A stretch of 64,000 nt of DNA from a virus (IMGVR_UViG_3300009095_001812:120990-184989), one strand, 5' to 3'. Positions 1-8,835 are shown, numbered from the stretch's first letter. Numbers and translations are program-made. The notes: a model not told the origin generated them from the sequence alone.

Positions 1-273
1 GATGTATTTGTTCTTATCACTGATGAACAACAGAATGCAGGTACGCGACTCATGACTGCTTGGAAAGAGTACCGTTCTAAGGTCAATAAGAATGCTCAGT
101 TGTGGGTTGTTAACGCAACAAACTACCAGTGGCACTCTGCTGATTTTGGAGATTCATCAATCACTGTGTACCAGACCATGACTCCAGCACTATTCAAGAA
201 CCTTGAATATGTTGGTCAGAATCTAACGCAGGCAATTCGCAAGTTCTCGCTCTCTGATTTTGCGAAGAAGTAA
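1..273 (+). CDS. C-terminal fragment of a gene that starts upstream of the window; function unknown (possibly a vWA-like C-terminal domain)
   Basis: Open frame running from the window edge to a stop at 271-273. The tracked ORF at 52..273 is only the internal-Met version. Confidence 0.4.
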   Translation, partial: DVFVLITDEQQNAGTRLMTAWKEYRSKVNKNAQLWVVNATNYQWHSADFGDSSITVYQTMTPALFKNLEYVGQNLTQAIRKFSLSDFAKK

Positions 274-274
274 T

Positions 275-745
275 TCACAAAAGATATCCAAGACCAACCA
301 AAACAATCATGGTCACAACGATCATGATGAAATTGGTCTTGGACTTCTTCATTTCATATTCTTGATTCTTCTTTATTTCTTTTACTGTTAATTCAACAAA
401 AGATAGACGATTTTCAATATCAAGAATTTGTTTTCTGATTTCAGAAGCATCAGTTTTGAGCCGCTGGTGAACATCAAAATGATTATCAACCCATTGTTTT
501 ATGTTAGCAATGTTTTGTTCTACAAGAGCAATTTTAGTAAGAAGGGAAGATGTTCCTCCATCTTTTACAAGATTGGATAAACTCTGTACATTCTCTTTAA
601 GAATGCTCAGTTCGGTCTTCATCGCTACAAAATCGCCCTCGCTTTCTCGTAAGTCAGAAAGCAATGCCTGAGTTAGTTGGGCGGTTGAGTCCAGACCCTC
701 GGCCAGGCGAGCGAGCAATATTTCATTTGTTTTTATCTCTGGCAT
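275..745 (-). CDS. Coiled-coil protein with a C-terminal transmembrane helix (candidate lysis-associated membrane protein)
   Basis: 156-aa ORF. Heptad-like charged repeats, then a hydrophobic C-terminus (IMIVVTMIVLVGLGYLL). Sits near the M15 peptidase gene. Confidence 0.5.
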   Translation of the reverse strand: MPEIKTNEILLARLAEGLDSTAQLTQALLSDLRESEGDFVAMKTELSILKENVQSLSNLVKDGGTSSLLTKIALVEQNIANIKQWVDNHFDVHQRLKTDASEIRKQILDIENRLSFVELTVKEIKKNQEYEMKKSKTNFIMIVVTMIVLVGLGYLL

Positions 746-920
746 TCAAATTACCTATAAGTTGGTTTGTAATTGTACATGTTTCTTTACACAATCTTAT
801 GTTTTTCTTAGTTCTTTTCATACGAAAACTAAGTGCTCGCATAGTGGAATCAAGCTCATTAACTTTATTAGCTAATGCTTCTAATTCTAATAGATTTTTT
901 TCAGAAATTCCGTCAACCAT
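723..920 (-). CDS. Small coiled-coil protein, hypothetical
   Basis: 65-aa ORF on the same strand as its neighbour, overlapping it by 22 nt. Confidence 0.3.
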   Translation of the reverse strand: MVDGISEKNLLELEALANKVNELDSTMRALSFRMKRTKKNIRLCKETCTITNQLIGNLNARDKNK

Positions 921-1138
921 TCACCTGCTCCCTGGGTACTCTACAATCCCAAAATATGCACAACGGAAACATTTAGCAGTCGAGAGCAGCTAATTTTTTT
1001 ATATTATATATAAGTAACGCGAATGAAGTTCATTCATCTTTATTTTAAAATAAAACCATTTCCGGCGTGAGCCGGGCTTGGACTTCAAAATTTCGTTACT
1101 GCTCTATTTGATGTGAATCTCGCGTAGAGCGCCAGAGG

Positions 1139-1194
1139 TCAACGCGCCAAAGATCATTCATCGGTAATTATGAGGTCTTTAATTATTTCGTTTG
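1139..1194 (+). ncRNA. Empty/minimal copy of the leader-trailer RNA element (no tRNA halves inside)
   Basis: Outer stem TCAACG (1139-1144) pairs with CGTTTG (1189-1194). Conserved CGCGCC follows, then the inner stem AAAGATC (1149-1155) pairs with GGTCTTT (1174-1180). The loop starts with the conserved ATTCATC. The same 12-mer AGATCATTCATC occurs at 53203-53220 and 62894-62912 on the minus strand. A trailer-like TTTCGTTACT sits just upstream at 1091-1100. Confidence 0.3.
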
Positions 1195-1214
1195 CTTCCA
1201 TTTCTTAACTGTAG

Positions 1215-1250
1215 AAAAGGCTGGAGAATTTTCTCCAGCCTTTTCGCTTT
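1215..1250. terminator. Bidirectional rho-independent terminator-like hairpin
   Basis: Perfect 10-bp stem GGCTGGAGAA / TTCTCCAGCC (1219-1240) with a 2-nt loop. Preceded by AAAA and followed by TTTTCGCTTTC. Confidence 0.55.
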
Positions 1251-1275
1251 CTAGGGTTTTTTCTACATATCCTAG

Positions 1276-1833
1276 ATGGTTGATTACGTTAAAATCCGTA
1301 AGTTTGCTGATATGTTTGCAGATTTAGCGGGAGTAGAAAGCTTGATATGGGATGGGGCACCTCCTGTATTTAATGAACAAGAGCAGCCTGTTGGTGATTT
1401 TGGATTTCAACAACCACAACAATCACAAGAACAAGTAAAGCTTAGTGAGAAATCAGTGGGAATGATTTCTCAGCTGCAACCTGCATTTCAAGAACAGGCT
1501 GCACAATTGATCTTGAGGGGACTTGCTGCTGGTCTGAGACCAGAAATTGTCGAGGGGTACCGAACCCAGGAGAGACAGGATGAACTGTATGAGCAGGGAA
1601 GATCTCAACCTGGACAGGTAGTTACCAAGGCTAAGAAATCTATGCACACCCAGGGTCTCGCAATTGATATTGCCCAACTTGATGAAAATGGAAATATCAC
1701 TTACGACACAACTCCTGGCTTCTGGGAACAGATGGGTGCTATTGGAAAATCTCTTGGAATGATCTGGGGAGGAGATTGGAAATCCATACAGGATAAACCA
1801 CACTTCCAATATAAGGTAAATAAATTTCAATGA
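1276..1833 (+). CDS. Peptidase M15 family (L-alanyl-D-glutamate / D-Ala-D-Ala carboxypeptidase-like) endolysin candidate
   Basis: 185 aa. Zn-ligand motifs of the VanY/M15 type are recalled (HTQGLAIDI, GGDW...H). Confidence 0.75.
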   Translation: MVDYVKIRKFADMFADLAGVESLIWDGAPPVFNEQEQPVGDFGFQQPQQSQEQVKLSEKSVGMISQLQPAFQEQAAQLILRGLAAGLRPEIVEGYRTQERQDELYEQGRSQPGQVVTKAKKSMHTQGLAIDIAQLDENGNITYDTTPGFWEQMGAIGKSLGMIWGGDWKSIQDKPHFQYKVNKFQ

Positions 1834-2047
1834 AAACAAATTTTTTCTTTCCGTACGATAATGACGATGATTATGAAAAAAAGAAGAGTATGATGGACCG
1901 AACGCACATCTAACAAATGATTGGTATGATGTTATGGGCTCTCTTCATTATGTTTACTGGGAAAAGAACAGCGAATATAGAAAAGAAACTTTATAATACG
2001 ATTCTGTTTTTCGAGTCGAGTTTTAATGCCGGTGCGCCATAAAGTTC

Positions 2048-2602
2048 ATGGCTGAACCAATTATAATTACGTTTGTCGATCTTGAAACAACTGGATTTGA
2101 TTCTAAGAAATGTGAAATCATCGAAGCAGCAGCTGTACGCTCTATTGTTGATGATGGAACTATCAGAATCGTAGCTCGTGCAGATTTCAAAATAGATCCG
2201 GAATATCCAGTGGATCCATTTATTGCAAGAATCAATGGGTACAGAGAAGATGTTTGGTATCAAGAAAGCTCTCAGTTTGAAGATGTAATTGGTGGTATTT
2301 TTGACCTGATGAGGGGAGCTTGGCATGCTGGCTCTAATCCTAGGTTCGATGAAAAATTCCTTATGAGAGCTGCAAAGATGCTTCGCTGGGATTATCCCAA
2401 ACTAGCATCTTATCATCTGTTGGATGTTAGTATGTTAGCTTTTCCTTTATTGGTAAAAGGGGAGGTCGAGAACCTTCGCCAACAGACGATTTGTAAGTAC
2501 TATGACATTCCCGGTGGAGGTCATAGAGCACTTGCCGACGCAATGCAGTGTCTTTATTTGTTTGCCAATATCAATAATTTGAAAGTTGTAACGGAGCAGT
2601 AA
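2048..2602 (+). CDS. DnaQ-like DEDDh 3'-5' exonuclease (DNA pol III epsilon-like)
   Basis: 184 aa. Exo I motif FVDLETTG near the N-terminus, H-x4-D near the C-terminus (GGGHRALADA). Confidence 0.75.
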   Translation: MAEPIIITFVDLETTGFDSKKCEIIEAAAVRSIVDDGTIRIVARADFKIDPEYPVDPFIARINGYREDVWYQESSQFEDVIGGIFDLMRGAWHAGSNPRFDEKFLMRAAKMLRWDYPKLASYHLLDVSMLAFPLLVKGEVENLRQQTICKYYDIPGGGHRALADAMQCLYLFANINNLKVVTEQ

Positions 2603-3372
2603 TGAAAACTCTCGTTTTCGATTTAGATGGAACACTTACCGAATCAAAACAGCCTATCGATCCTGAAATGGCTGCTCTTATCGGGAAGCTTCTTGAAACG
2701 AATAATGTAGCAATTATCTCAGGGGCTTCCTGGGAACAAATTGAAACTCAAGTTCTAAATAGATTAACCATTAAACCAGAACTTCTCAGTTCTCTCTACA
2801 TAATCCCAACATCGGGTTCTGCAATGTACCAAGTTTGGGGTAAGTACGGTTGGGTGAGTGTTTATCAACACAAACTCAACAAAGGATCTGTTGTAGAAAT
2901 TACAAAAGCTTTTGAAAAATCTATTGTTGAAACTGCTTGGAAGCAACCAGAAAAACTCTGGGGAAAGCAGATTGAAAATAGAGAGTCTCAAATCACTTTT
3001 TCTGCTCTTGGGCAAAAAGCACCAATAGAAAAGAAAGAGGTTTTTGATCCTGATGGATCAAAACGCAAAGTCTTATTGGAGTTCTTACAAAAGAAAATTC
3101 CTAATTATGACATCCGTCTTGGAGGTTCTACATCCATCGATATTTCACTTCGAGGAATTAACAAGAAGTATGGTATTGAGGAACTAATCAAGAGACTACA
3201 TATATCAAAAGATAATATCACTTATATTGGTAATGCCATCTACAAAGACGGAAATGATTATGCAGCAATTGAACTTGGACTTAACTTTGTTAAAGTATCA
3301 GATCCAGAGGATACTAAGAAATGGATTTCTTGTGTCCTTGACGGCGAAGTTAAATTAGAGAAAACGGCATAA
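2602..3372 (+). CDS. HAD-IIB hydrolase, phosphomannomutase (eukaryotic PMM)-like
   Basis: 256 aa. N-terminal FDLDGTLT motif. C-terminal GGSTSIDISLRGINKKYG and YIGNAIYKDGNDY resemble PMM motifs. Start overlaps the previous stop (ATGA). Confidence 0.65.
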   Translation: MKTLVFDLDGTLTESKQPIDPEMAALIGKLLETNNVAIISGASWEQIETQVLNRLTIKPELLSSLYIIPTSGSAMYQVWGKYGWVSVYQHKLNKGSVVEITKAFEKSIVETAWKQPEKLWGKQIENRESQITFSALGQKAPIEKKEVFDPDGSKRKVLLEFLQKKIPNYDIRLGGSTSIDISLRGINKKYGIEELIKRLHISKDNITYIGNAIYKDGNDYAAIELGLNFVKVSDPEDTKKWISCVLDGEVKLEKTA

Positions 3373-3438
3373 GGGAAATGGCACATTTTAGTTTACAAGA
3401 TGCTATAACTTTAGCAAAGACTTTTGGGTTGATTCCTC

Positions 3439-3477
3439 CAGACCCTCTCCCAAAGAAAGGTCTGATTATTTTTTTGT
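3439..3477 (+). terminator. Putative terminator hairpin downstream of the PMM-like gene
   Basis: Stem CAGACC / GGTCTG (3439-3464) followed by ATTATTTTTTTG. Confidence 0.4.
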
Positions 3478-3824
3478 TCTTTGGTAATCTTCTGGGCTGC
3501 TTTTATTGGTTTTTGAATTTTTAGTATCCCGGATTTATATTAAAAGTTCGGGATACTAAGAGGTTCTATGAGAGTGGTGAGATGAAACCCTTTATAAAAC
3601 GATGTGGCTCACTCTTAAAAATAAACGAAAGTGTATTATTTAATATGGACACGAAGATTTATGAATCCGTTATTCCTGAAGATTTTGGATGGATGAAGAG
3701 AAGTCCAGCTAGAAGAAGATTGGTCTTTCGATGATCCTGTTAGTGCAATCCGAAAGTTTGAAGAACTCAGGCATGAATCTGAAATGGGCGATGATTACGA
3801 TACCGTTCATTACTTGAAATCAAA

Positions 3825-4328
3825 ATGATTAGAGTAAAATTAACAAAGAATGATCTGAAATTCGCCGAATCAGTTGCGAGGCAAAGGAACCGATCTCAGC
3901 GTGATGGTGACCGCGCCGATGGCAAAGTCATGGAAGATTCCCTGGGTATCGATATCCAGGGCGCAGAGGCCGAGCTAGCAGTAGCAAAGGCACTCAATCT
4001 TCCCTGGGACGGTTCCTTCCTCGAACTGGATAAGTGGTTCGATTGGAGAGATGTGGGCCATGATGTTTCGGGCTTGGAAGTTCGTTCCACCCATCACAAA
4101 AATGGCTCACTCATTCTCCACCCAAAGGACAAAGATGAATCTCCATTCATTCTAGTTCTCACTCATGAAAGACCAATTTTCATTCTGGCTGGATGGTCTT
4201 TTGGTAAAAATGGGAAGGATCCACAGTACTGGAGAGATGTGGGGTACGGAAGACCTTGTTTCTATCTTCCACAAAATAAGTTGTTTGATATGAATGATTT
4301 GAATTTGAAGACACTCAAAACAGCATAA
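3825..4328 (+). CDS. Hypothetical protein
   Basis: 167-aa ORF in a consistent coding-strand block. No recognisable motif. Confidence 0.55.
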   Translation: MIRVKLTKNDLKFAESVARQRNRSQRDGDRADGKVMEDSLGIDIQGAEAELAVAKALNLPWDGSFLELDKWFDWRDVGHDVSGLEVRSTHHKNGSLILHPKDKDESPFILVLTHERPIFILAGWSFGKNGKDPQYWRDVGYGRPCFYLPQNKLFDMNDLNLKTLKTA

Positions 4329-4348
4329 ATTGATATATAGAAAGTAAC

Positions 4349-4424
4349 CGGGGTGTAGCTCAGTCTGGATTAGAGCGTTCGGTTTGGGTCCGAAAGGCCG
4401 GGGGTTCGAATCCCTCTACCCCGA
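4349..4424 (+). tRNA. tRNA-Pro (anticodon UGG)
   Basis: Cloverleaf found manually. Acceptor is CGGGGTG / TACCCCG with a C1-G72 pair typical of bacterial tRNA-Pro. D-arm GCTC..GAGC, anticodon loop TTTGGGT, T-arm GGGGG-TTCGAAT-CCCTC. Confidence 0.85.
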
Positions 4425-4450
4425 CAATATTTATAGTATTTGAACAATTT

Positions 4451-4630
4451 ATGAATGATTACGAACCATGGACATTTGAGGAGTCCCTAAGTTTTACTAG
4501 AGAGTTACAGGGTTTGTTTAAGCCTAAGGTATCCAATATTTGGGCTAGGAAGGGCTCCACTGACGCTAAACACGTCGAGGCCTGGAAGACACCTAAAGGG
4601 CAGAAAGTTGATTTGTTCTTCTTGAGATAA
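4451..4630 (+). CDS. Small hypothetical protein (59 aa)
   Basis: ATG-initiated ORF in the gap after tRNA-Pro. Below the 60-aa cutoff of the ORF track. Confidence 0.35.
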   Translation: MNDYEPWTFEESLSFTRELQGLFKPKVSNIWARKGSTDAKHVEAWKTPKGQKVDLFFLR

Positions 4631-4658
4631 TCTATATGATTATGACGATATAGAAAAT

Positions 4659-4826
4659 GTGGATAAGCAAAAGTGCCCTAAATGTGATAAATCCAACAAG
4701 TGCCAAATAGCCGAAGGTAAAGGTGTTTGCTGGTGCTTCTTCGAGGATGTTCCAAGAGATCTTCTCGAAAAAGATCCTGAAGATAGCTGTTATTGTTTGA
4801 CATGTATAAAACAACACAAGGAGTAA
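4659..4826 (+). CDS. Small Cys-rich (zinc-ribbon-like) protein, about 55 aa
   Basis: GTG-initiated frame encoding CPKCDKSNKC...CWCF...CYCLTC. Ends at TAA 4824-4826, immediately before the RF2-like gene. Confidence 0.35.
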   Translation: MDKQKCPKCDKSNKCQIAEGKGVCWCFFEDVPRDLLEKDPEDSCYCLTCIKQHKE

Positions 4827-4828
4827 AT

Positions 4829-5495
4829 ATGGAATCTGTTGTTATCGAAATACGTGCCGCTGAAGGTGGTGCGGATTCAAAGTTGTTATGTGAAGATATG
4901 CTCGTAGCGTACACGAAAGCGGGAGACCGGGAGCGTCTTTGACTCGGAACTCCTAGAGTCTCAGCCTGGCTTGATAGTTATCTTATTCAAAGGAAGAGGA
5001 GCCAAAGCACTTTTCAAAAACGAAGCTGGAGGTCACCGCTGGCAGCGAATACCTCCAACTGAAAAACGTGGTCGTGTCCAAACATCTACCGTTACTGTTG
5101 CTGTTTTAGATCCAGAACCATCTACAAAATTTGTTCTCGATGAGAAGGATGTTGAAATAAAGACAAGTCGAGGATCGGGTCCTGGTGGTCAACATAGAAA
5201 CAAGACAGATTCATGTGTAACGGTTACACACAAACCAACCAAGACATCCGTTCGCATTGACATGCGAAGTCAACATCAGAGCCGTGAAATGGCTCTGAAA
5301 GTTCTTGCGGCCAAATTGGCAGATGAGTCAACCAATTTGGATCGAAAGGACAGAGAGCGACTTCGCAAGTCTCAGGTGGGATCTGGCATGCGCGGAAATA
5401 AAATCCGCACCTACAGATTCCAAGATGATCAAGTAACTGATCATCGAACGGGAAAGTGTTGGAAACTTAAAAAATGGATACGAGGCGAGTGGTAA
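4829..5495 (+). CDS. prfB: Class I peptide chain release factor homolog (RF2-like, N-terminally truncated) with a programmed +1 frameshift
   Basis: Frame 0 (4829..4939) encodes MESVVIEIRAAEGGADSKLLCEDMLVAYTKAGDRERL, matching the EIRAGAGGDEA region of release factors. It stops at TGA 4940-4942 inside the classic RF2 shift site CTT TGA C, with an SD-like GGGAG 3 nt upstream. The +1 frame (4941..5495) continues with GGHRWQRIPPTEKRGRVQTS, SGPGGQHRNKTDS and the conserved C-terminal RSQVGSGMRGNKIRTY..VTDHR. An AAGGAG RBS sits 7 nt before the ATG. Joined product is about 221 aa. Confidence 0.8.
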
Positions 5496-5767
5496 TGAAA
5501 TACGAAGAATATCAGGTTTGGTTTCACGCTTACAATACAGCAATCTCCTCATTATTGAGAGCTGGAGATGTGGGACCAATCATCAAAAGAAGCGATGAGG
5601 TTCCGAAACTCACCCAAAATGTCATTGGTTGTGCAGATCAAATCGCGGCTCACGCACTAGAGAAGTTCAAGCAAGTAGATAACCCAAAGGTAGAAAACAT
5701 GCCTTCGGAATTTAAAAACATAGTTGAACAGGTAGCAAAAGAGGCGTTGAAACGTGGCAAGCCCTGA
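5474..5767 (+). CDS. Hypothetical protein
   Basis: 97-aa ORF overlapping the end of prfB. Confidence 0.5.
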   Translation: MDTRRVVMKYEEYQVWFHAYNTAISSLLRAGDVGPIIKRSDEVPKLTQNVIGCADQIAAHALEKFKQVDNPKVENMPSEFKNIVEQVAKEALKRGKP

Positions 5768-6350
5768 GCAAGTGCTGCTTGAGTTTTACATTGAAAATTC
5801 ACCAGTTCAACCATTCAATTGGCTTCAGGGACGTTCGTTCTCTGAAGCTTTTGTTATTTGTATTGGTGCCGGCCCGTGGAAGTTCGGTAGAAGAAAAAAG
5901 ATCCAGGGTGAAGCTTTGGAAAAATTGGGTGGAAGAGATATTTCCCAACTACCAAAAACAGAGGCTTGTAAATTTTATCCATTAGATTGGCAAAACAAAT
6001 TTCTTTACAATTCAGTTTGCTTTATAAATAATTACAACATAAGTTTTGAAATTTTTTGCAAAGATTTATACAATAAAGAAAATGTATTCTTTGCACTGAA
6101 CTCAATCTATTCTTTAGCCGGAGCTAAAGGTAATCCCAAGGTTCTATCCTTATTCTGTAGAGATGGACTACAGCTTCCATCTTTCCCTATTGACAGACAC
6201 GTCAAGAGAAAGCTGACTGAGTTAAAATTACCAACAGAAGAGTTCGATATGATTTCTCTCTGCAATTCTGTTGGTATAAACCCTAGAGATGCTGCTGTTG
6301 CATTTGTACGCGCAGCGTCTGATATGGACAATCCCGATTGGAGTATTTGA
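5754..6350 (+). CDS. Hypothetical protein (weak HhH-GPD-like motif)
   Basis: 198 aa. GAKGNPK..IDRHVKRK is faintly reminiscent of HhH-GPD glycosylases. Low confidence. Confidence 0.5.
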   Translation: MASPEQVLLEFYIENSPVQPFNWLQGRSFSEAFVICIGAGPWKFGRRKKIQGEALEKLGGRDISQLPKTEACKFYPLDWQNKFLYNSVCFINNYNISFEIFCKDLYNKENVFFALNSIYSLAGAKGNPKVLSLFCRDGLQLPSFPIDRHVKRKLTELKLPTEEFDMISLCNSVGINPRDAAVAFVRAASDMDNPDWSI

Positions 6351-7042
6351 TGAGTAAAGAAATCTTGCTTATTGAGCATGTTGCATCTTGGCTCGCAAAA
6401 TATATGGAAGAGTCTGGAAGAAAGGTTTTTATTGTAAATTACAACGGAGCACGCTCTGACGCTCTTGTACTGAAAGTTTGCTCGGAAGCCACATCAATCA
6501 AAAAAGGTTTGAGTACAATTTGTTTGTATCAAGATTTTTTTCCCAAAGAATTTATGGGAAGGTCTTACAAAATAGATATTCCTGTTATTCCAAACATCAC
6601 TGGTACAGAATATATGATTGCTAACAAGTGGGCAGATGATAAAGACGGTGTTGTTATTGGATCTGTTGATAAAACGTTTGGTAAATACAAAAGAACTTAC
6701 ACAAAAATTGAATACTCTTTGTGTGATATATTTCCATTATATGATTTGTACTACTCAGAGATTATACATCTAACGGATTTTATATGGCCTGATGCTAAAT
6801 GGAGAGATGCCGAGGTCGATGACTACAAAATGCTTGAGTTCTGTGTAAGGGCTGAGAATTCGTTCGGAATCATAACCTCTACGAATCCTCCTCATAAACA
6901 TGAGATGTGGCATACCTTTACGGGAACTCAGAAAAAATTCGTTGCTGAATGTCAACAGCGCGAAAAGAAGACGAGACACAAAGAGTTAAGAAAGCCATAT
7001 CCCAAAATACCAGATAATATAGGATTATATAATGGCCGATAG
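6338..7042 (+). CDS. Hypothetical protein (N-terminus faintly PP-loop ATPase-like)
   Basis: 234 aa. GRKVFIVNYNGARSDALVLKV resembles a degenerate SGGxDS PP-loop. Confidence 0.5.
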   Translation: MEYLMSKEILLIEHVASWLAKYMEESGRKVFIVNYNGARSDALVLKVCSEATSIKKGLSTICLYQDFFPKEFMGRSYKIDIPVIPNITGTEYMIANKWADDKDGVVIGSVDKTFGKYKRTYTKIEYSLCDIFPLYDLYYSEIIHLTDFIWPDAKWRDAEVDDYKMLEFCVRAENSFGIITSTNPPHKHEMWHTFTGTQKKFVAECQQREKKTRHKELRKPYPKIPDNIGLYNGR

Positions 7043-7346
7043 TAAAATAATACTTGAGAGTATGTTTGGGTTTGAGTCTTCTGATAATACCATCAAGATT
7101 ATGGGTGAGGTTTATAAAGAACTTGCTGAGGCAGAGGCTAAGTTTGAACCATTCAATTCATCTCATGAGGGATACGCTATTCTTCTTGAAGAGGTGGATG
7201 AGCTTTGGGATGTTGTGAAAATCAATCCAAAAAAACTTGAAGGTGGAGCTAAAGCAAGAAATCAAATGATGCGCGCTGAAGCTATTCAGGTTGCTGCAAT
7301 GGCAATCAGATTCGTCAAGTGTATTTGCGATAAGGAAACCATCTAG
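7032..7346 (+). CDS. MazG-like all-alpha NTP pyrophosphohydrolase candidate
   Basis: 104 aa. Acidic helix LLEEVDELWDVV plus a second helix AEAIQVAAMAIRF. Small size fits phage MazG-like proteins. Confidence 0.4.
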   Translation: MADSKIILESMFGFESSDNTIKIMGEVYKELAEAEAKFEPFNSSHEGYAILLEEVDELWDVVKINPKKLEGGAKARNQMMRAEAIQVAAMAIRFVKCICDKETI

Positions 7347-7349
7347 TTT

Positions 7350-7892
7350 ATGAAAAGATCTGCTGCAATCGCATCAGCCCGTATAGGAACTAAAGAATCT
7401 AGGTTCAATACCATTGTTGAGATACTTGATCTCAAACATAAAGGTGATTGGCGCATTTGGGAAGATGCAGAATCAAACATCTTGAAGATATCCAAAAACG
7501 GAGCTGTACAGGTTTATCCATCAAAAATCTCTATTACAACAAGAGATATCTTCAAGAAGGCAGAGCCAAAGCTCATTGCCAAGCACTCATATTGGGTGCT
7601 GTGTTTGTTTGGGACAACACAGAAAATACTTGTGTTTCTTGGTAATGATGGAATTCTTAGATGTTGCCTGTTTGATAACAATCAGTGGATAGAAAATTTA
7701 AGTTCTGTTCTTTTGGGGTTCAAAACATTAAAAGTTATAGCTTCTGGATATATAGACTCAGAACCAAGAAGGATGCCACAAATGAATATTACGTATCCTA
7801 AGAGTTTCGAGATCGAGGAGGCTTGGGCTTCTGGATATCCATCTAATGATTCACAGTTACAGGAGAAAATACAGTGTCTGGGGATAAGTTAA
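7350..7892 (+). CDS. Hypothetical protein
   Basis: 180-aa ORF. Confidence 0.5.
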   Translation: MKRSAAIASARIGTKESRFNTIVEILDLKHKGDWRIWEDAESNILKISKNGAVQVYPSKISITTRDIFKKAEPKLIAKHSYWVLCLFGTTQKILVFLGNDGILRCCLFDNNQWIENLSSVLLGFKTLKVIASGYIDSEPRRMPQMNITYPKSFEIEEAWASGYPSNDSQLQEKIQCLGIS

Positions 7893-8101
7893 AATTTGGA
7901 GGGATTATTTTAGGGGCTTTGGGAAATGGTTTTTTCTCAGTTGGCATTGATCTCGAAAACGGTTCTGAGCCGAAGCGTACTATTTGTCAGCTGTCAGGTA
8001 AAATGAGAATCAAGACCATCAAAGTTGTCGAGGGTGATAAAGTTGATGTAGAGCTTGATCCATATGACATGAATAAGGGCAGAATTGTTCGCCGCAATTA
8101 A
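7874..8101 (+). CDS. infA: Translation initiation factor IF-1 homolog (S1-like OB fold)
   Basis: 75 aa. The C-terminal SGKMRIKTIKVVEGDKVDVELDPYDMNKGRIVRR aligns closely with E. coli IF1 ([34 protein letters not shown]). Confidence 0.85.
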   Translation: MSGDKLKFGGIILGALGNGFFSVGIDLENGSEPKRTICQLSGKMRIKTIKVVEGDKVDVELDPYDMNKGRIVRRN

Positions 8102-8642
8102 AGGTATCTATCAACCTACGAATGATGCGAAAAGGAAAGAAATGAATAAACCAAGTGATCACAACCCAAAGGGACTTTTAAAATTCATTAAGGGTGATGC
8201 AACTCTTCCTCAAGGAAGCTCTCTCCGATATGTTCTTCAGATTGTAAATGATGAAGGTAAGTATGGAGCTGGTTTTTCTGGCGCTCTATCAAGACGCTGG
8301 CCAAAAGTAGAGTCCGAGTATAAACAATGGTGGCGCGAAAAATATGGTCAATTGAAACTAGGTGATATTCAAATCATCCAAGTCCTTAGCGATCTTGTTG
8401 TCGTCAATATGGTAGCTCAAAAAGGTGTTGTCTCTAAAGAAAATCCAACACCTATCAAGTACGATGCTTTGAAAGCTTGTCTTTCAAAAGCTGGTGTTGA
8501 GATTTCAAAATACAATGCTTCCGTTCATATACCTCGCATTGGTTGTGGGCTCGCTTGTGGTAAGTGGGAAGAGGTTGAGCCACTGATCGAACAAGAACTG
8601 CTCAAGCGAGGTATCAATGTCACGGTGTATGATAAAGAATAG
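8085..8642 (+). CDS. Macro domain protein (ADP-ribose / O-acetyl-ADP-ribose processing)
   Basis: 185 aa. IVNDEGKYGAGFSGALSRRW matches the macro-domain glycine-rich motif (NAAN..GGGVagAI). Confidence 0.65.
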   Translation: MFAAIKGIYQPTNDAKRKEMNKPSDHNPKGLLKFIKGDATLPQGSSLRYVLQIVNDEGKYGAGFSGALSRRWPKVESEYKQWWREKYGQLKLGDIQIIQVLSDLVVVNMVAQKGVVSKENPTPIKYDALKACLSKAGVEISKYNASVHIPRIGCGLACGKWEEVEPLIEQELLKRGINVTVYDKE

Positions 8643-8835
8643 AACAATTATAAAAACAAATCTCTGGGCCAATGCAGATTGCAAAACGTGCGAAGGGCAA
8701 GGGGTTGTAATTAAAACTCTAAAGTACAATAAAATGAAATTTACATTTCATCCTAAACTTTGTGAGTGTGTTCGTTATTTTAAAACAACCGCATATGGAG
8801 ATGACACTTGGCAAATTTGGTGCGATCAGATGTAA
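8617..8835 (+). CDS. Small Cys-rich protein
   Basis: 72 aa with CKTCEGQG...CECV zinc-ribbon-like spacing. Confidence 0.45.
   Translation: MSRCMIKNRTIIKTNLWANADCKTCEGQGVVIKTLKYNKMKFTFHPKLCECVRYFKTTAYGDDTWQIWCDQM

Noticed and set aside
664-993. ORF-track entries antisense to or overlapping stronger genes (e.g. 664..993+, 1453..1839-, 1991..2326-, 2023..2235-, 2447..2635-, 2764..3015-, 3896..4090-, 9125..9325-, 9370..9606-, 9611..9943-, 11921..12115-, 13176..13457-)
   Set aside because: They lie inside or opposite ORFs with recognisable motifs and consistent operon orientation. AT-rich DNA produces long antisense ORFs by chance.
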